Assembly (NCBI RefSeq): GCF_006345805.1
Contig: NC_043001.1
Location: 30,194,001-30,258,000, forward strand
Direction of reading: 5' to 3'
Origin: Octopus sinensis
Taxonomy: Eukaryota
Length of the DNA: 64,000 bases
The position numbers were made by a program, and so were the translations under genes. Position 1 is the first letter of the stretch; every line of letters starts with the position of its first letter. Below the pieces are notes generated by a model that worked only from the letters and a program-made list of their open reading frames with translations, had not been told where the DNA came from and did no database searches. This document shows positions 40,861 through 53,440 of the stretch, in pieces.

Positions 40861-41712
40861 CAGGGTGTGATGAATATATTGTCTAAATTACACGAAAATA
40901 AAAATAACACTGACATCTCATTTTAACAGGTATATTTACCAAAATTACATAAAAATATCTTGAAATACTAAAGAGTAAATATATTCAATAAAATTGCCAT
41001 TGGCTTCAACCATGGCCTCCAGATGACTTTGGAATCTCCTGCAACTCTTCAGGGCAGTTTCCTTATTTAAATTGGTGAATGCTGCCATAATTTTTGCCTT
41101 CAGTTCATCTTTGGTGTTACAAGAAGTTTGGTTGGTCTCTCGCTCAACTGTGCCCCACACATAATAATCAATGGGGTTGCAGTCTAGGGAGTTAGGTGAC
41201 CAGATATTATGGGTGATGGAGTTGCAGAAATTGTTTGACAGCCATGACTGGTTTTCCTGCTTATGTGGTATGATGCTGGGTCCTGTGTGGCATGGTGCAG
41301 AGACATAGGTTCTTCCAGCACTCACCCTCTTGACCCAGGGTAGCTCTACCTACTCCAGGCCTCTGTGTTAAGTCTGAGGCCGCATGGGAAGATGAACGGA
41401 GGCATAACGTCACCATCACTAGTGATCACTCTAAACACCATGATATTGACTAGATGTTAGATTTTTAATCACTCTCGGTACACCCAACACACTGAAATGT
41501 TCATATTGGAGCTTCCAGCACAAATGTCAAACAGTACAGCATGTCGTTTCCAAATTTCTGGGTGAGTGAATTGCATCATGGTGCTGTTTTTGTCACAGAT
41601 GGTCCCCAACTAAACCTACTATACTGTATAGTCAACAAAATCAAGACCAAACAATGTGCATGGGTGAAATAAAAAATATAAAATGATGACAATTTACCCA
41701 TCGCACCTTGTG
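40861..41712 (-). mobile_element. Internally deleted Tc1/mariner-superfamily transposon
   Basis: TIRs CAGGGTGTGATG..TATTGTC / GACAATTTACCCATCGCACCTTG. ORF reads APCH...WSPNSLDCNPIDYYVWGTVERE. Confidence 0.85.
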
Positions 41713-42222
41713 TGTGTATATATATATATATATATACTCTTTATCTTTTATTAAACTTTTAATACTTTTGATATTTAAAAAAAAAAAAATTAATTAATTA
41801 ATAAATAAAATAATATATAAATATAAAAATATTATACATACATATATATATATATTTGTATATATATATATAAAATTTATAAGTTTAAATTATTTAAATA
41901 TTTTTTTATTTTTAACTTTTATATTTTTAAATTAATTTTATGTATTGGCTTATGTTTTTCACTGTTTGATTTGCCTAATAGTGGTTTTATCTCTAATATG
42001 ATATAATATAATATAATATATTTATACTATAAAATTGGATTTAATCCTAAATCTAATTTTTCCCTGTAAGTTTGGATTTATTCCCTAATATTATTATATA
42101 TATATATTTATTCCCTAATATTATTATATATATATATATGGCGGTGCCCCAGCATGGCCACAGCTCGTGAGCTGAAACTGGATAAAATATAAATATATAA
42201 AAATATATATATATATATATAG

Positions 42223-42517
42223 AATCAAAATAACCAACAAGGATATCCAAGGTAGTGTAGTACAATTGTTTCATGCTACTTCATTTTAAACACTGTAAGT
42301 ATTACATCAGTTTTAAAATGCTGAGCAATCTTCAGCTTTGGCAAATGAAATAAGTATAAGAATGTGCATTGTCCATTTAATTAAAAAAATTCTATATGTG
42401 GCTGAAGATTGCTCAACATTTTAAAACTGATGTAATACTTACAGTGTTTAATAAAATGAAGTAGCATGAAACAATTGTACTACACTACCTTGGATATCCT
42501 TGTTGCTTATTTTGATT
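42223..42517. repeat. Fold-back inverted repeat (about 115-bp arms, 64-nt spacer) with a degenerate hammerhead core
   Basis: 42223-42336 pairs with 42401-42517. The inner ends read GCTGAAGATTGCTC...AAAACTGATGTA. Confidence 0.8.
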
Positions 42518-44607
42518 ATAATCACCCCATTTGATTTATATGGATAATATGATACAAAATTCTGGTGCCTTTAACTTAAGTACCATTCATCTGAATATAT
42601 ATATATATAAAACAGGCTTCTCCTGATATATGCTGTAGATTTGGCCTCCGTTCATTTTAATTGATAAACTACATTCCTTATGGTTTATCAATTAATTAAT
42701 TGGGCTATATGAATAAATATTGTAAATGCAAAATATAGATTAAAACTTTATTTGGTGGAATTCATGTAAAACATAGGAATTTAATCTTTAAATCTTCTCT
42801 TTAGCGAAAAAAAAGTGATATTTTTTCTTTATTTTTTCCCCTTACTGCATAAAATACAAAATTTGACTTATTTCATTTTAAAACTATCTCTATTAACAAC
42901 TCCAGAAATAGAGAGAGAGAGAGAGAAAGAGTATGTGTGTGTGTGAGTATGTAGTGAGAGAGAGAGAGAGGGGGAGAGGGTGGGGACTGTAATAAAGAGA
43001 GAAACAGACATACATACAAACAGAATGTGAGAGAGTGTATGTAATTATCTCTTTTATTATGTGTTCAATTTACCATTAAGCTTAAAAACAGGTTTTCATG
43101 GCTTCTGAAAGATTGGCAGCATTACCCAGGCTTAGTCTACCGACAGCTGTTGACTTTTAGAAAACAACAACTCATAAAACTGAAGTACTATGGCAACTGA
43201 CAACTTGTGTGAGGAATTATTTTAGTTTGTTTTGCTCAGAGTATTTTCTATACCAAATATTTAAGAGATTTAGAGGCAAGACAGTTAAGTGAACAGCAGT
43301 CTACTAGCTCTTGAGATCAAAAGTCCAAAACTGAAGCATAAATTTCATTTCTCCTTTGTGTGATAAGGAATGACAGCAGTATCTTTATGTTTTAAAGTTC
43401 CTTGGAGATGGGGGTTAAGATAACAAAGTAATGAGTCTTGCCAACAGGTATAGACTTTTATGGATCTCTCTACCTTTCTGTCCTATACACAACGTAGCAC
43501 ATTTAGGGATTAGTCTTTCGGAAGCCTGTTGGTAAAGCCATCAATTATCTTCTCCTTCTGTCTTTCTCAACTTCTTCATTTTTCAAATTCCTGTTGTTGT
43601 GAAGTACTCAAGGCTTTTTCTTCTCCTATGGTATCCAGTGATCTAAGTCTTCTTAAGTTGTCAGGAAACAATCCTTCGAACAGCTGGTCAGCAGCGACGC
43701 CTGCTGGGTTTGGCTACTCTGCATTGATAAAGGGCAAATACCCTGAAACATGTCTGCAGATGCCTGACAAGCAAGGGGAAGCAGCTGACCTCCCCTGTTC
43801 GAAGGTTATAATGGACACAGGTTCATGTGTCATATAGCTACCTAGAAGCGATGGCCCCTTGGAGCTAATCAACAGCAACTTACATCCTATATTTATGGAC
43901 TGCCATATTAGCATGGCAATAACTGTTAATATCCAGTACCGCTGCTGTAGTCTCCTTTAGAGAGACTTATAATTTTTATATTTCTATTTCTAATGATCCT
44001 TGTACATCTAACAAATTCAACATTTGTCACTTTATCTCTAGTAATGTTATTATGATGAAATGATATTTTTTTTTCTTTAAGGAGAGATCATGTCTGAAAC
44101 GACAATTTTTTCTTCTCCTGCTACAAAAAGTGTTACAGATTTATTCTATTTTTTAAATTTTAATAAAGTTAATAATATTCAGTTTGAATTTTAGTAAATT
44201 GGTGATAATGATTTTGTACAGAAAAAAGATCTTTTAAGTAAACTGTTTAAACAAAGCAGCTGGTAGCAACATAGTGAGAAAGAATTTGGAGAAGAGAACT
44301 AGATGCATCAAGTTAACAACTTATTTACTAACAAAGTCTGACATTATGCTCAGGTACTCTCAATTTGTTGATTACACTCAATTTGGTGGTCACTCTCTTG
44401 TGCACATGCACAGCATCTTTGGTTACTATAGAAACAGAGTTCTTCACAATCATCTATCGAACATGTGGTGTTTCTTTGCTTAATATGCTAACAGAACTTT
44501 ATGGTGATGTGTTAAATATTTGCTTCTTTTTGACTAAAATACCAAAATTTTGCAAATTTTAAAGGCCTAATAACTTTTTAATTATGAATTTATAGGAAAA
44601 ATAAATT

Positions 44608-44772
44608 TCAGCGCAGGAGTGGCCGTGTGGTAAGTAGCTTGCTTACCAACCATATGGTTCCAGGTTCATTCCCACTGTGTGGCACCTTGGGCAAGTGTCT
44701 TCTACAATAGCCTCAGGCCGACCAAAGCCTTGTGAGTGGATTTGGTTGATGGAAACTGAAAGGAGCCCGTCG

Positions 44773-44840
<68 letters not shown>

Positions 44841-45050
44841 TGTGTGTGTGTGTGTGTATGTTTGTGTGTCTGTGACAACCGATGCTGGTGTGTTTACGTC
44901 CCTGTAACTTAGCGGTTTGGCAAAAGAGACCGATAGAATAAGTACTAGGCTTCCAAAGAATAATCCTGGGGTTGATTTGCTCGACTAAAGGTGGTGCTCC
45001 AGCATGGCTGCAGTTAAATGACTGAAACAAGTAAAAGAGAGTAAAAGAGA
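44608..45050 (+). mobile_element. SINE family A, full length, with expanded (TG)n
   Basis: Same motifs; about 100-bp TG tract at 44760-44860. Confidence 0.85.
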
Positions 45051-45102
45051 GCAAATAATTTAATCCATACACCGAATTTGAAAACAGTTGGAACAAAATT
45101 GT

Positions 45103-45668
45103 AGACCGTGACAATAACCACAAAGATCTGATAACAGACTACAACAGGTCAGGCATATTTGAACAGATCAGGCGGAGTGTGAGGGAAACATGAACTCAGA
45201 TAAATATGTGTCCTTATTGCAGAAAGGACTCCTTCCAATCTTCTCAAGTGGTGAAATGATTAAAGAAGACACTTTATTTATGAAAGATGAGGCTCCTTGT
45301 CTAAAATGACCCAAGATTTGTTGGATGAAAATGGCATTACAAAGCTTCCATGGCCAAACCAGTCACCAGATATGAACCCTATTGAAGGGACATAATGGAC
45401 AGGACACTTCATAAAAAGAACAAGAAAGCATCTTCAAAGTCAGATCTCTTGAGATTGCTGCATGAACCTTGGCAAGAAATTCCACAGAGAATATTCGTCA
45501 TCTGATCAGTAACATGCCTAATAGGGTCCTTGCATTGAAAAATATAAAGGGCATGTCTACTAAATATTAAATATTCTCATTATGACAATTAATAAATAAT
45601 TTGAATGTATAATTTCAGATTTTTAAAAATTTTAATGATTATAAAGGTGTCTACTTCTGTCATGTCTG
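45103..45668 (+). mobile_element. Tc1-like transposon relic
   Basis: FMKDEAPC...LPWPNQSPDMNPIE catalytic motifs; TIR remnants AGACCGTGAC / GTGTCTACTTCTGTCATGTCTG. Confidence 0.8.
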
Positions 45669-46141
45669 TTTACAGACAAAAGACCATTTCAGAGTTTTAT
45701 TTTCCAAATAATATCTGTTAAACCTGTTGCCACCTTATCCTGTTGTTTTCTACTTATCCATTTTGTTAATCATGGACAAATAATACGCACAAAGGATAAA
45801 AATCAGACCAAAGAAACTTCAACAATGAATGCAGTTAGGACGGGTAGACTTTGGTAAATTGAATCATACCATGAGCAGTTAATTTGCTCGTGTGTCTAAA
45901 AAGAAATGTTTTCAACCAGTGTGTGCTGCTTATGATTATGCATCTGAAAAATAGACTACCAACAAGAGCATTGAAGATAAATTAAAAGCAACACAAAGAG
46001 TCATGGAAAGGAAAATGCTGAAGATTAACAAAAGTATTAATAATAAACTTAAATTGATGAAAAACACTTTTTTATAAACTTTACATTTTGCAGTACATTG
46101 TGTGATATAAAAAGATATTTATTTGCTTTAAATTTTTCAGA

Positions 46142-46322
46142 ATGAATCCTTTTGTAGAGTTAAGTCTGCCAAATGTTTCTTCACCTCGTGGACTGCTACT
46201 TAACTATGATTCTTCAAGCAGACCGCCAGAATCCCGGGGAGGTTATCGCTTTGGACAGCTTAGCAAGAATTCGTTTTTTACCCGACACAACCCACATCCA
46301 CAAAGAGTTAAACATATAAAAG
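46142..46322 (+). CDS. TBATA: TBATA/SPATIAL-like protein, first coding exon seen
   Basis: Acceptor tttaaatttttcag| at 46140 with ATG at 46142. Encodes RFGQLSKNSFFTRHNPHPQRVKHIKG, resembling the TBATA N-terminal motif (FG.LS..SFF.RH.PHP..V.HI). Donor G|gtaaaa, phase 1. Confidence 0.8.
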
Positions 46323-48095
46323 GTAAAACTGCAATCTTTCCCTTTTCTATACAACGTAAATAAAAATAATTATTTCTTACCCACAAATATTTGAGTATGA
46401 TACAGAGTTAATTATTAGACTTTTAATAAGGAATCTTCAATTAATTGATCAGCTTAAATTTAATGTGTGCATGGAATGTGAGAAGACAACTGTAGCAGGG
46501 ATGCCAATTCTGGGTGTCTTTGCAACATAAAGCAGTGAAATTGTTACAAGGAATCAAAACAAGCTTATAAACTTAATTTACCATCACTCTCACTGCCTTA
46601 TATAGTTTATGTCAACCCATCTCCCTTTTGTCTGTTTTGTTGTCATGGATTGATAGATTCTCTTCTTTCAAGTTGTTAGTTCTGATTCTGCTGTACTGCT
46701 CAATGCCAAAAGTACCCTCATTGAGAAGGAAGGATGCATGGGTACATGAATTTCAACCTCCGAGTATAGCCAAATCAACAGACCTCCTATAATCACCAGG
46801 AGGTGACAACCAAAATAACTGGCATTTACAGATGAGAAAAAAAATTATATTTAAAACCCTGAATAAACTGACCAACAAACTCATCCCAGACTAGTTGCAC
46901 TGGAATTTTGTCAGTGACCAATTTGCAGATGGTACAATGGAAATTTTGACTCCAAATGATAATTAAGTTAACAGTTTTTGTGTGTTTTAAGTGGCTAATA
47001 CATGTCTTCAATGCTGTAATTGCTTCAGTTTCAACACATAGACTCAGTTCAAATCACTTGCTAGACAGGAAGATCTCTAGTCTTCTAATTTTATATTACT
47101 CACCTTCTCTGTATAGTTGCTTAAACAAATTAAATTAACAATATAAATTACAGCATAAAAGAAGTAAATGTCAGCAAAGGTTGTACTGAAATTTTATCAC
47201 TGCCATACTTGTCACATAAAGTGTAACCAAAGTCCACCCACACTACCATCACTACCTCTTATAAAAATCCTGATCACGTTTTTGGAAAGGCTATTTCAAA
47301 CTAAGCTGCTGAGTGACTCTTTCGAGAGGCCATAAAATTCTTTTGTAATTGCAATGCCATTCTCTCTCCACTCCTCCTTGCCACCCATATTCTCTCTCTC
47401 TTTCTCAAATAATCTATTTACTTGTCAGCTGCATAAATCCCTGTTAAGCTTGCACATATGCTGGCTGTCATAAGTACCTCCTACTCCTCCTCTGATATTA
47501 ACTATATGTTACCTGACCAATTTGCTAATTCTTTTATTTAAAAAAAACATATGATCTAAGAGGTTTTCACTCCTGGTTTCTTTTCCTGTCTATCAAATCC
47601 TTCCTCCTCAAAATGTCAAACCTTTGGAATCCTGCTTCCCTACCCATCACCCACTATCTCTTTCCCTGCAATTGTCATCTTACAGGTATTCAAACTTAGC
47701 ATTATTCCTACCAATCTCAACAGTCTTAAAGGACTTGTATAGCACATGGGCACAGCTCCTTTTTGCTAATGAAACCTTTGAAAAAGGAGTGAAAATGACA
47801 CAATGGTGTTCATTATCATCATTATCATAATTATTTGATATGGCCATTATTATTTGTTTATTTACTTATTAAATAGTTTTATATCTAGAGGGCACACAGC
47901 CTACTGGTTAGAATGTTGCATGCATGATCACAAGATCATGGTTTCAATTCTTGAAACAGGTGGTGTACAAAAGACTCATCCCATGTTGTTCTTTGATCAC
48001 TTCAAGAGCAAACATGTGGTACACCATACACCTGCTTAAGAAACATCGATTTGATGGAGAGGGTGAATTAATGTACAGCACATACATTTAACCAC

Positions 48096-48381
48096 TGTAG
48101 TGTGATGGCGGAAAAAGACAACAGAAAAGAAGCAAATGGGAGAAAGAAATACAGAGACCTTACCTGTTGACCTAGGCAGTATGAGCAATCACTCTCAAGA
48201 AGTAAACACGTCCTTGCATGCTGCCATCTCTCATCAAACTGCCCGCACGTGCTTCCGGCCCACGCATGCCCCGTGGCTGTTCTGCCAGCCCCTGCAGTCT
48301 TCACTTCCATCTACCTCATCTGCAATCCTCTCCACCAACACCACACAGCTCATCACAGCCCATAACACCACAAACACTACA
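48096..48381. mobile_element. Solo LTR (286 bp) inserted into an older SINE-like repeat
   Basis: TGTAGTG...CACTACA inverted termini with an exact 5-bp TSD ACCAC (48091-95 and 48382-86). The host repeat resembles the uninterrupted copy at about 59215-59350. Confidence 0.8.
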
Positions 48382-48481
48382 ACCACTATAAATATATAAT
48401 CATTTTTGCAGGTTGTTCTGCAAGAAATTGCAGAACCATTTTTCTCAGACTACAAGAGACTACCATCATATTTCATATCTA

Positions 48482-49032
48482 TTGGGTTGTCCGGAAAGTT
48501 TGTGCCAATTTTTAAAGGAAAGAAAAAGGTCCATAAATACTTGCCATTACATCTTTAATCAACCAAATATGAACAATTTTGTTGCACAATGTATCTCCAT
48601 CTTTCCTTTAACTTGAAAATACCCTCTCCCCAGAATTGAGGTGGTTTCATGGCAAAGAATTCATCAAGGTATCTATTTACTTCATCCAAGGAATTGAAAT
48701 TTTTACCATTAAGACTATTTTGCAGAGTCCTGAATAAGTGGAAATCTGAAGGAGCAATATCTGGGGAATATGGAGGGTGGGGTAACACATCCCAGCCGAG
48801 CTGCAGCAATATTTGTCTGGTTCCCAAAAATGAACTTTCTTATCTTCCATTTTAAAGGGTTACAGAATTAACACAAGTTATAGGAACATAAACCTTCTCC
48901 CACGAAAAGATAGCTTAAACTGTGCTCTAAATGGAGGTGTAGTCAAATCCTATTTTATGGACTCAACCATGTTCTAAAATAAGTCGAAAGGTAAGCTACT
49001 ATAAATCGGCACAAACTTTCCAGACAACCTAA
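48482..49032 (-). mobile_element. Internally deleted mariner (DD34D) transposon
   Basis: TA|TTGGGTTGTCCGGAAAGTTTGTGCC...GGCACAAACTTTCCAGACAACCTAA|TA. ORF reads LPHPPYSPDIAPSDFHLF. Confidence 0.9.
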
Positions 49033-49062
49033 TATATCTAAATGATATTTCAATCTTTACAG

Positions 49063-49236
49063 GTTTGCTAGATGTACCAATATGTACAGTACTTGATTGG
49101 GACATACCTCCTATTTCTACCAGAAAGGATTCAGGATATAAAAATGAATTGTCTTTTTCTTTCATACCTGACACCGAGCGATTCAAAAGACTAAGACATT
49201 TTTACAAAGAGAAAGTATTACCCAACTATGGACCAT
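49063..49236 (+). CDS. TBATA: TBATA-like coding exon 2
   Basis: Acceptor caatctttacag|GT completes Gly. Encodes LLDVPICTVLDWD...NYGP. Donor T|gtaagt, phase 1. In frame with exon 1. Confidence 0.8.
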
Positions 49237-49409
49237 GTAAGTTGCTTCAATATTTGCGGTTGATTGTTTTGAGTTTTGAAGTAACAGCTTAATGTATTCA
49301 ACATAAAAACAGACAAAATACCCAGTGTTAGTTAGTTATGAGCCTATAAGTTCTTACATCTAATCACACTAGGATCAACATTTTCTTTCTCTTTTCAGGA
49401 TTAATTTAA

Positions 49410-49601
49410 CCCTTTCGTTACTGTATTTATTTTGAGATGCTCTGTGTTTCTTTCAATTACTTTAAATAAAACAAAGAATTTAGTAAAATGAACATAAATT
49501 GTGACTAAGGTTTGGTGGAAGATTTTAATTAAAACCTTAAGAAAACAAGATATTTGTACAACAGAGCCAGAGCCGGTTCAGCCAGGTTGGTAACGAAAGG
49601 G
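49410..49601. mobile_element. piggyBac-like MITE, copy 1
   Basis: ttaa|CCCTTTCGTTAC...GTAACGAAAGGG|ttaa. Confidence 0.8.
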
Positions 49602-49967
49602 TTAACCAACTGCTTCCAGCTTTCAAATTTATAGCTTTGTGCCTACATTAGAAACTGAGATTTTTTAGCAGTCCTAAAGTCATTCTGGTGACAGATGGGC
49701 CCTACCAAACATACTTGTCCTCATCACACTTTATGAATATAATCAAACTGAGAGACAATGTTTATAAGATGACTAATACTGAGAGCTAATATAAATAATA
49801 AAGAAGTGGTTTGCATATTATTACTCATTTTTGGTAGCTGATTAGATAAACTGGTCATAGCTGAATCACCTTTCATCACAGGTTTGCTTGATCAGGGTTG
49901 GCCTGGGGATAAACAGCTATTAATACCACATACATCACTGCTATATATATATATATATATATATATC

Positions 49968-50430
49968 ATCATCATCATCGTTTAACATCCGTTTTCCATG
50001 CTAGCATGGGTTGGACGGTTCGACCGGGGTCTGGGAAGCCAGAAGGCTGCACTAGGCTCCAGTCTGATCTGGCAGTGTTTCTACAGCTGGATGCCCTTCC
50101 TAATGCCAACCATTTCGTGAGTGTAGTGGGTGCTTTTTACGTGCCACCAGCACAGGTATCACAACTACAATTTCCATTTGATATTTATTTTGATGTTGAT
50201 GTACTTGACTCAGTAGGTCTCCTCAAGCACAGCAGGTCGCCCTACAATCCAAGGTAAGCACAGCAGGTCGTTTTGCAATCCAAGGTACTTTGGATGGGCT
50301 GGGGCTATGCAAGACTGGTGCAGGAAACAGCCATGAACTCACATTATTTGTCGGGTCTTTGCAGTCAAAGCATCTCTCCAGAGATCTCGGTCTTTTGTCA
50401 TTGCCTCTGTGAGGCCCAATGTTCGAAGGT
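49968..50430 (-). mobile_element. RTE-LINE ORF2 end plus 3' tail in TBATA intron 2
   Basis: Same family; the RTE C-terminus is at 50340-50430. Confidence 0.8.
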
Positions 50431-50778
50431 CATATATATATATACATATATATATATATTAGATTATTGATATGGAAAATGGAGTGTAATAAAAGCTTTA
50501 TTTAGCTAAATAAAGCGTCTAGTTACATTCTGTTTTCTGTGTCAATCATTTAAAATATACCTGATGTGCACCTAGGAATTCCTGACATAGATCCAACAAC
50601 AAAAATCACAATAACATGGATGGCACCTGGTAGCCATAAGTGGTGAATGTGCTCTGCAGGTGCATTACCTAGGACTTACCCAAAACAAAGGTTGGATACT
50701 GCATTTTCATGTCTCCTGTCTAAACTTTAATTTTCAGTTTCAAATTTAACTTATATATATATATACATATATACATAC

Positions 50779-50832
<54 letters not shown>

Positions 50833-51751
50833 TCCCTCTTACACAGTACCTATGAAGGCCTTTTCAATCTGTATGGATGTACCTGATGTTAGACTGTATT
50901 GTGTTGACAATAATAAGACATCCTTGCCACCAAAGTTTAAATGGAAACGAGGGTTATGTAATACAAATGGAGGTAAACAATAGCAGCTGATGCAGTAGTA
51001 TTTTACTTGTTGTATCTATAGCAAGATCCACTGTTTCAAAAAAAACAAAAAAACAAGAGATTTATTTCACATTATCTCAAAGGTTTATAAAATTCCTATG
51101 ATATCAACAACATACAATTCTTGCTGGAAAGAATTAAGTTTCTAAAATGGGCAGAGAAATTCGAAAGACTGCTTTGGTGCAATAGTAGAATGCCTGTCGA
51201 ATCTACAAGAGGTGTGGGTTCAAATCCCCCAGGGAACCAGATTTTTATCCTAAACAGTTTTCCAACTCAATATTTACATGCTATTATTTATAGCTTTATG
51301 TACTTCAAGATCCATTGTTCCAAAAATAAAAAGATTATGTGAATGTGTATGTGTGTATGCATATATACATTTTGTGTACACATGTATCTTTCACTAATAT
51401 ATATTAACAAATGAGGCACAAATCACTGTGAAAACTGATGAACCAATGCATTCAAATAATGCCTTGATGTTTTTACTCTGCATGAGCTGCCTAGACACTC
51501 CTTTATCATTCTCAGTTGTGAATACCTATAATTAATGACTTTATTGCCCATAAAATCATGACTTAATGACATAAATAAAACCTCTGCTGTACCCTGAAAT
51601 TTATTTATGTCTTTCACACTCTTACATTAAAGACCAGCTTGATATCTTTTGTAACAATTTACACTTTATGTAGATGATAAACTGCCCTTCACTATTTCTT
51701 AACAGTCTATACACAACCTAGACATCTCTCACCAGGTCTGCTCTAAAACTA

Positions 51752-52614
51752 CAGGGTGTCCCAAAAGTTACTGATGGATTTCAATTTTTAATGCTTCCTT
51801 AACTTTACAAATAAATTCATGAAATTTTGATACAATATAAAGGACATAATGGAAATTAGTATGCCCAAGTCAAATTTTGCAACACTACTATGTCACATAC
51901 GAAAAATGACATTGCTTAAATGGCAGCCATTTTCAGCTTTGCATGCCTGTGCTCTTTCCAAAACTTGTACCATAACACCCTCAGGAGTTTCAGACCCCAC
52001 CTCTCTGATTTCTCTATTGATGTTCTCCTTCAGTTGCACCAGGGTCTCCGGTTTATTGATGTAAACCCTCTCTTTCAGGTATCCTCACAAGAAAAAATCC
52101 GGGTTAGTCAAGTCTGAGGAATATGAAGGCCAGTTGACATTACCATAGCAGGAGATTATTCTCTCTCCAAAGCACTGCCATAGCAACTGCATTGTTTCTC
52201 TTGCAGTATGAGCAGTTGTCCCATTTTGCTGGAACAATATGTGCGGTCTACTTTAAATGGCTGGGTGCAAAAAGATCTCATTCATGGATACCTGAAAGAG
52301 AGGAATTACGTCAACAAACCAGAGACTCTGATGCAACTGAAGGAGAACATCAGTAAAGAAATCAGAGAAATGGGGTCTGAAAATCTTGAGGCTGTTATAG
52401 TGCAAGTTTTGGAAAGAGCACAGGCATACTAAGCCGAAAATGGTTTTATAAAGCGACGTTATTTTTCATATGTGATATAGTGGTGTTGCAAAATTTGACT
52501 TGTGCATAGTAATTTCCATTATGTCCTTTTATATTGTATCAAAATTTCATACATTTGTAAAGTTAAGGAAGCTATTAAAAATTGAAACCCATCAGTGACT
52601 TTTGGGACACCCTG
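51752..52614. mobile_element. Tc1/mariner derivative built from two inverted transposase 3' ends
   Basis: TA|CAGGGTGTCCCAAAAG...CTTTTGGGACACCCTG|TA. Both halves encode GYLKER.Y.NKPETL.QLKENI...VLERAQA, on opposite strands. Confidence 0.85.
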
Positions 52615-52814
52615 TATAAAGAGAGATCATAGAAATATTCTCCAGTGGAGGTATGACATACTAACCTTCTATGAGAGTACCAAGGCACAATCACTACACA
52701 TATTAAGAAAGCTGTCTTGGAGTACCACATTATCCCCACACATGAACTATATAAAATTTCACATTTCAACAAATGTTATGTCTCACAGAGTCTGATGATT
52801 TCTCATGATAACTT

Positions 52815-53440
52815 ATCATTATCATCATTTAATGTCCATTTTCCATGCTGGCATGGGTTAGACAATTTGACAGGAACTGGCTAGGCAGAAGACTACACCA
52901 GGCTTCAGTGTCTGTTTTGGCATGGTTTTTACAGCTGGATGCCCTTCCCAACACCAACCACCCTACAGAGTGGACTGAGTACTTTTTACATGGCACCAGC
53001 ACAGGCAAGATCAGTTTTGGCATGGTTTTTTACTGCTGGATGCCCTTCCAAATGCCAACTACTTTACAGTGAGGACTGGATACTTTTTATGTGGCACCAG
53101 CACTGGCAGGGTCAACAATATGTATTATGTAACCAAAACTGTATCTCAAAGTCTAAGGCTTGGAAATATAGCCCTGGTGGCTGTAGCCAGTGCCGCCCGA
53201 CTGGCCTCCATGCCGGTGGCACGTAAAAAGCACCATCCAATCGTGGCCGTCTGCCAGCCTCGTCTGGCACGTAAAAAGCACCCACTACACTCACAGAGTG
53301 GTTGGCGTTAGGAAGGGCATCATGCTGTAGAAACACTGCCAGATTAGACTGGGCCTGGTGCAGCCTTCTGGCTTCCCAGACCCCAGTTGAACTGTCCAAC
53401 CCATGCCAGCATGGAAAGCGGACGTTAAATGATGATGGTG
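52815..53440. mobile_element. Head-to-head pair of RTE-LINE 3' tails
   Basis: Minus copy 52815-53105, plus copy 53170-53440. Confidence 0.7.

Noticed and set aside
44082-44190. Upstream coding exon of TBATA (ATG at 44090)
   Set aside because: Good acceptor, but no donor in the phase needed to join the 46141 exon in frame.
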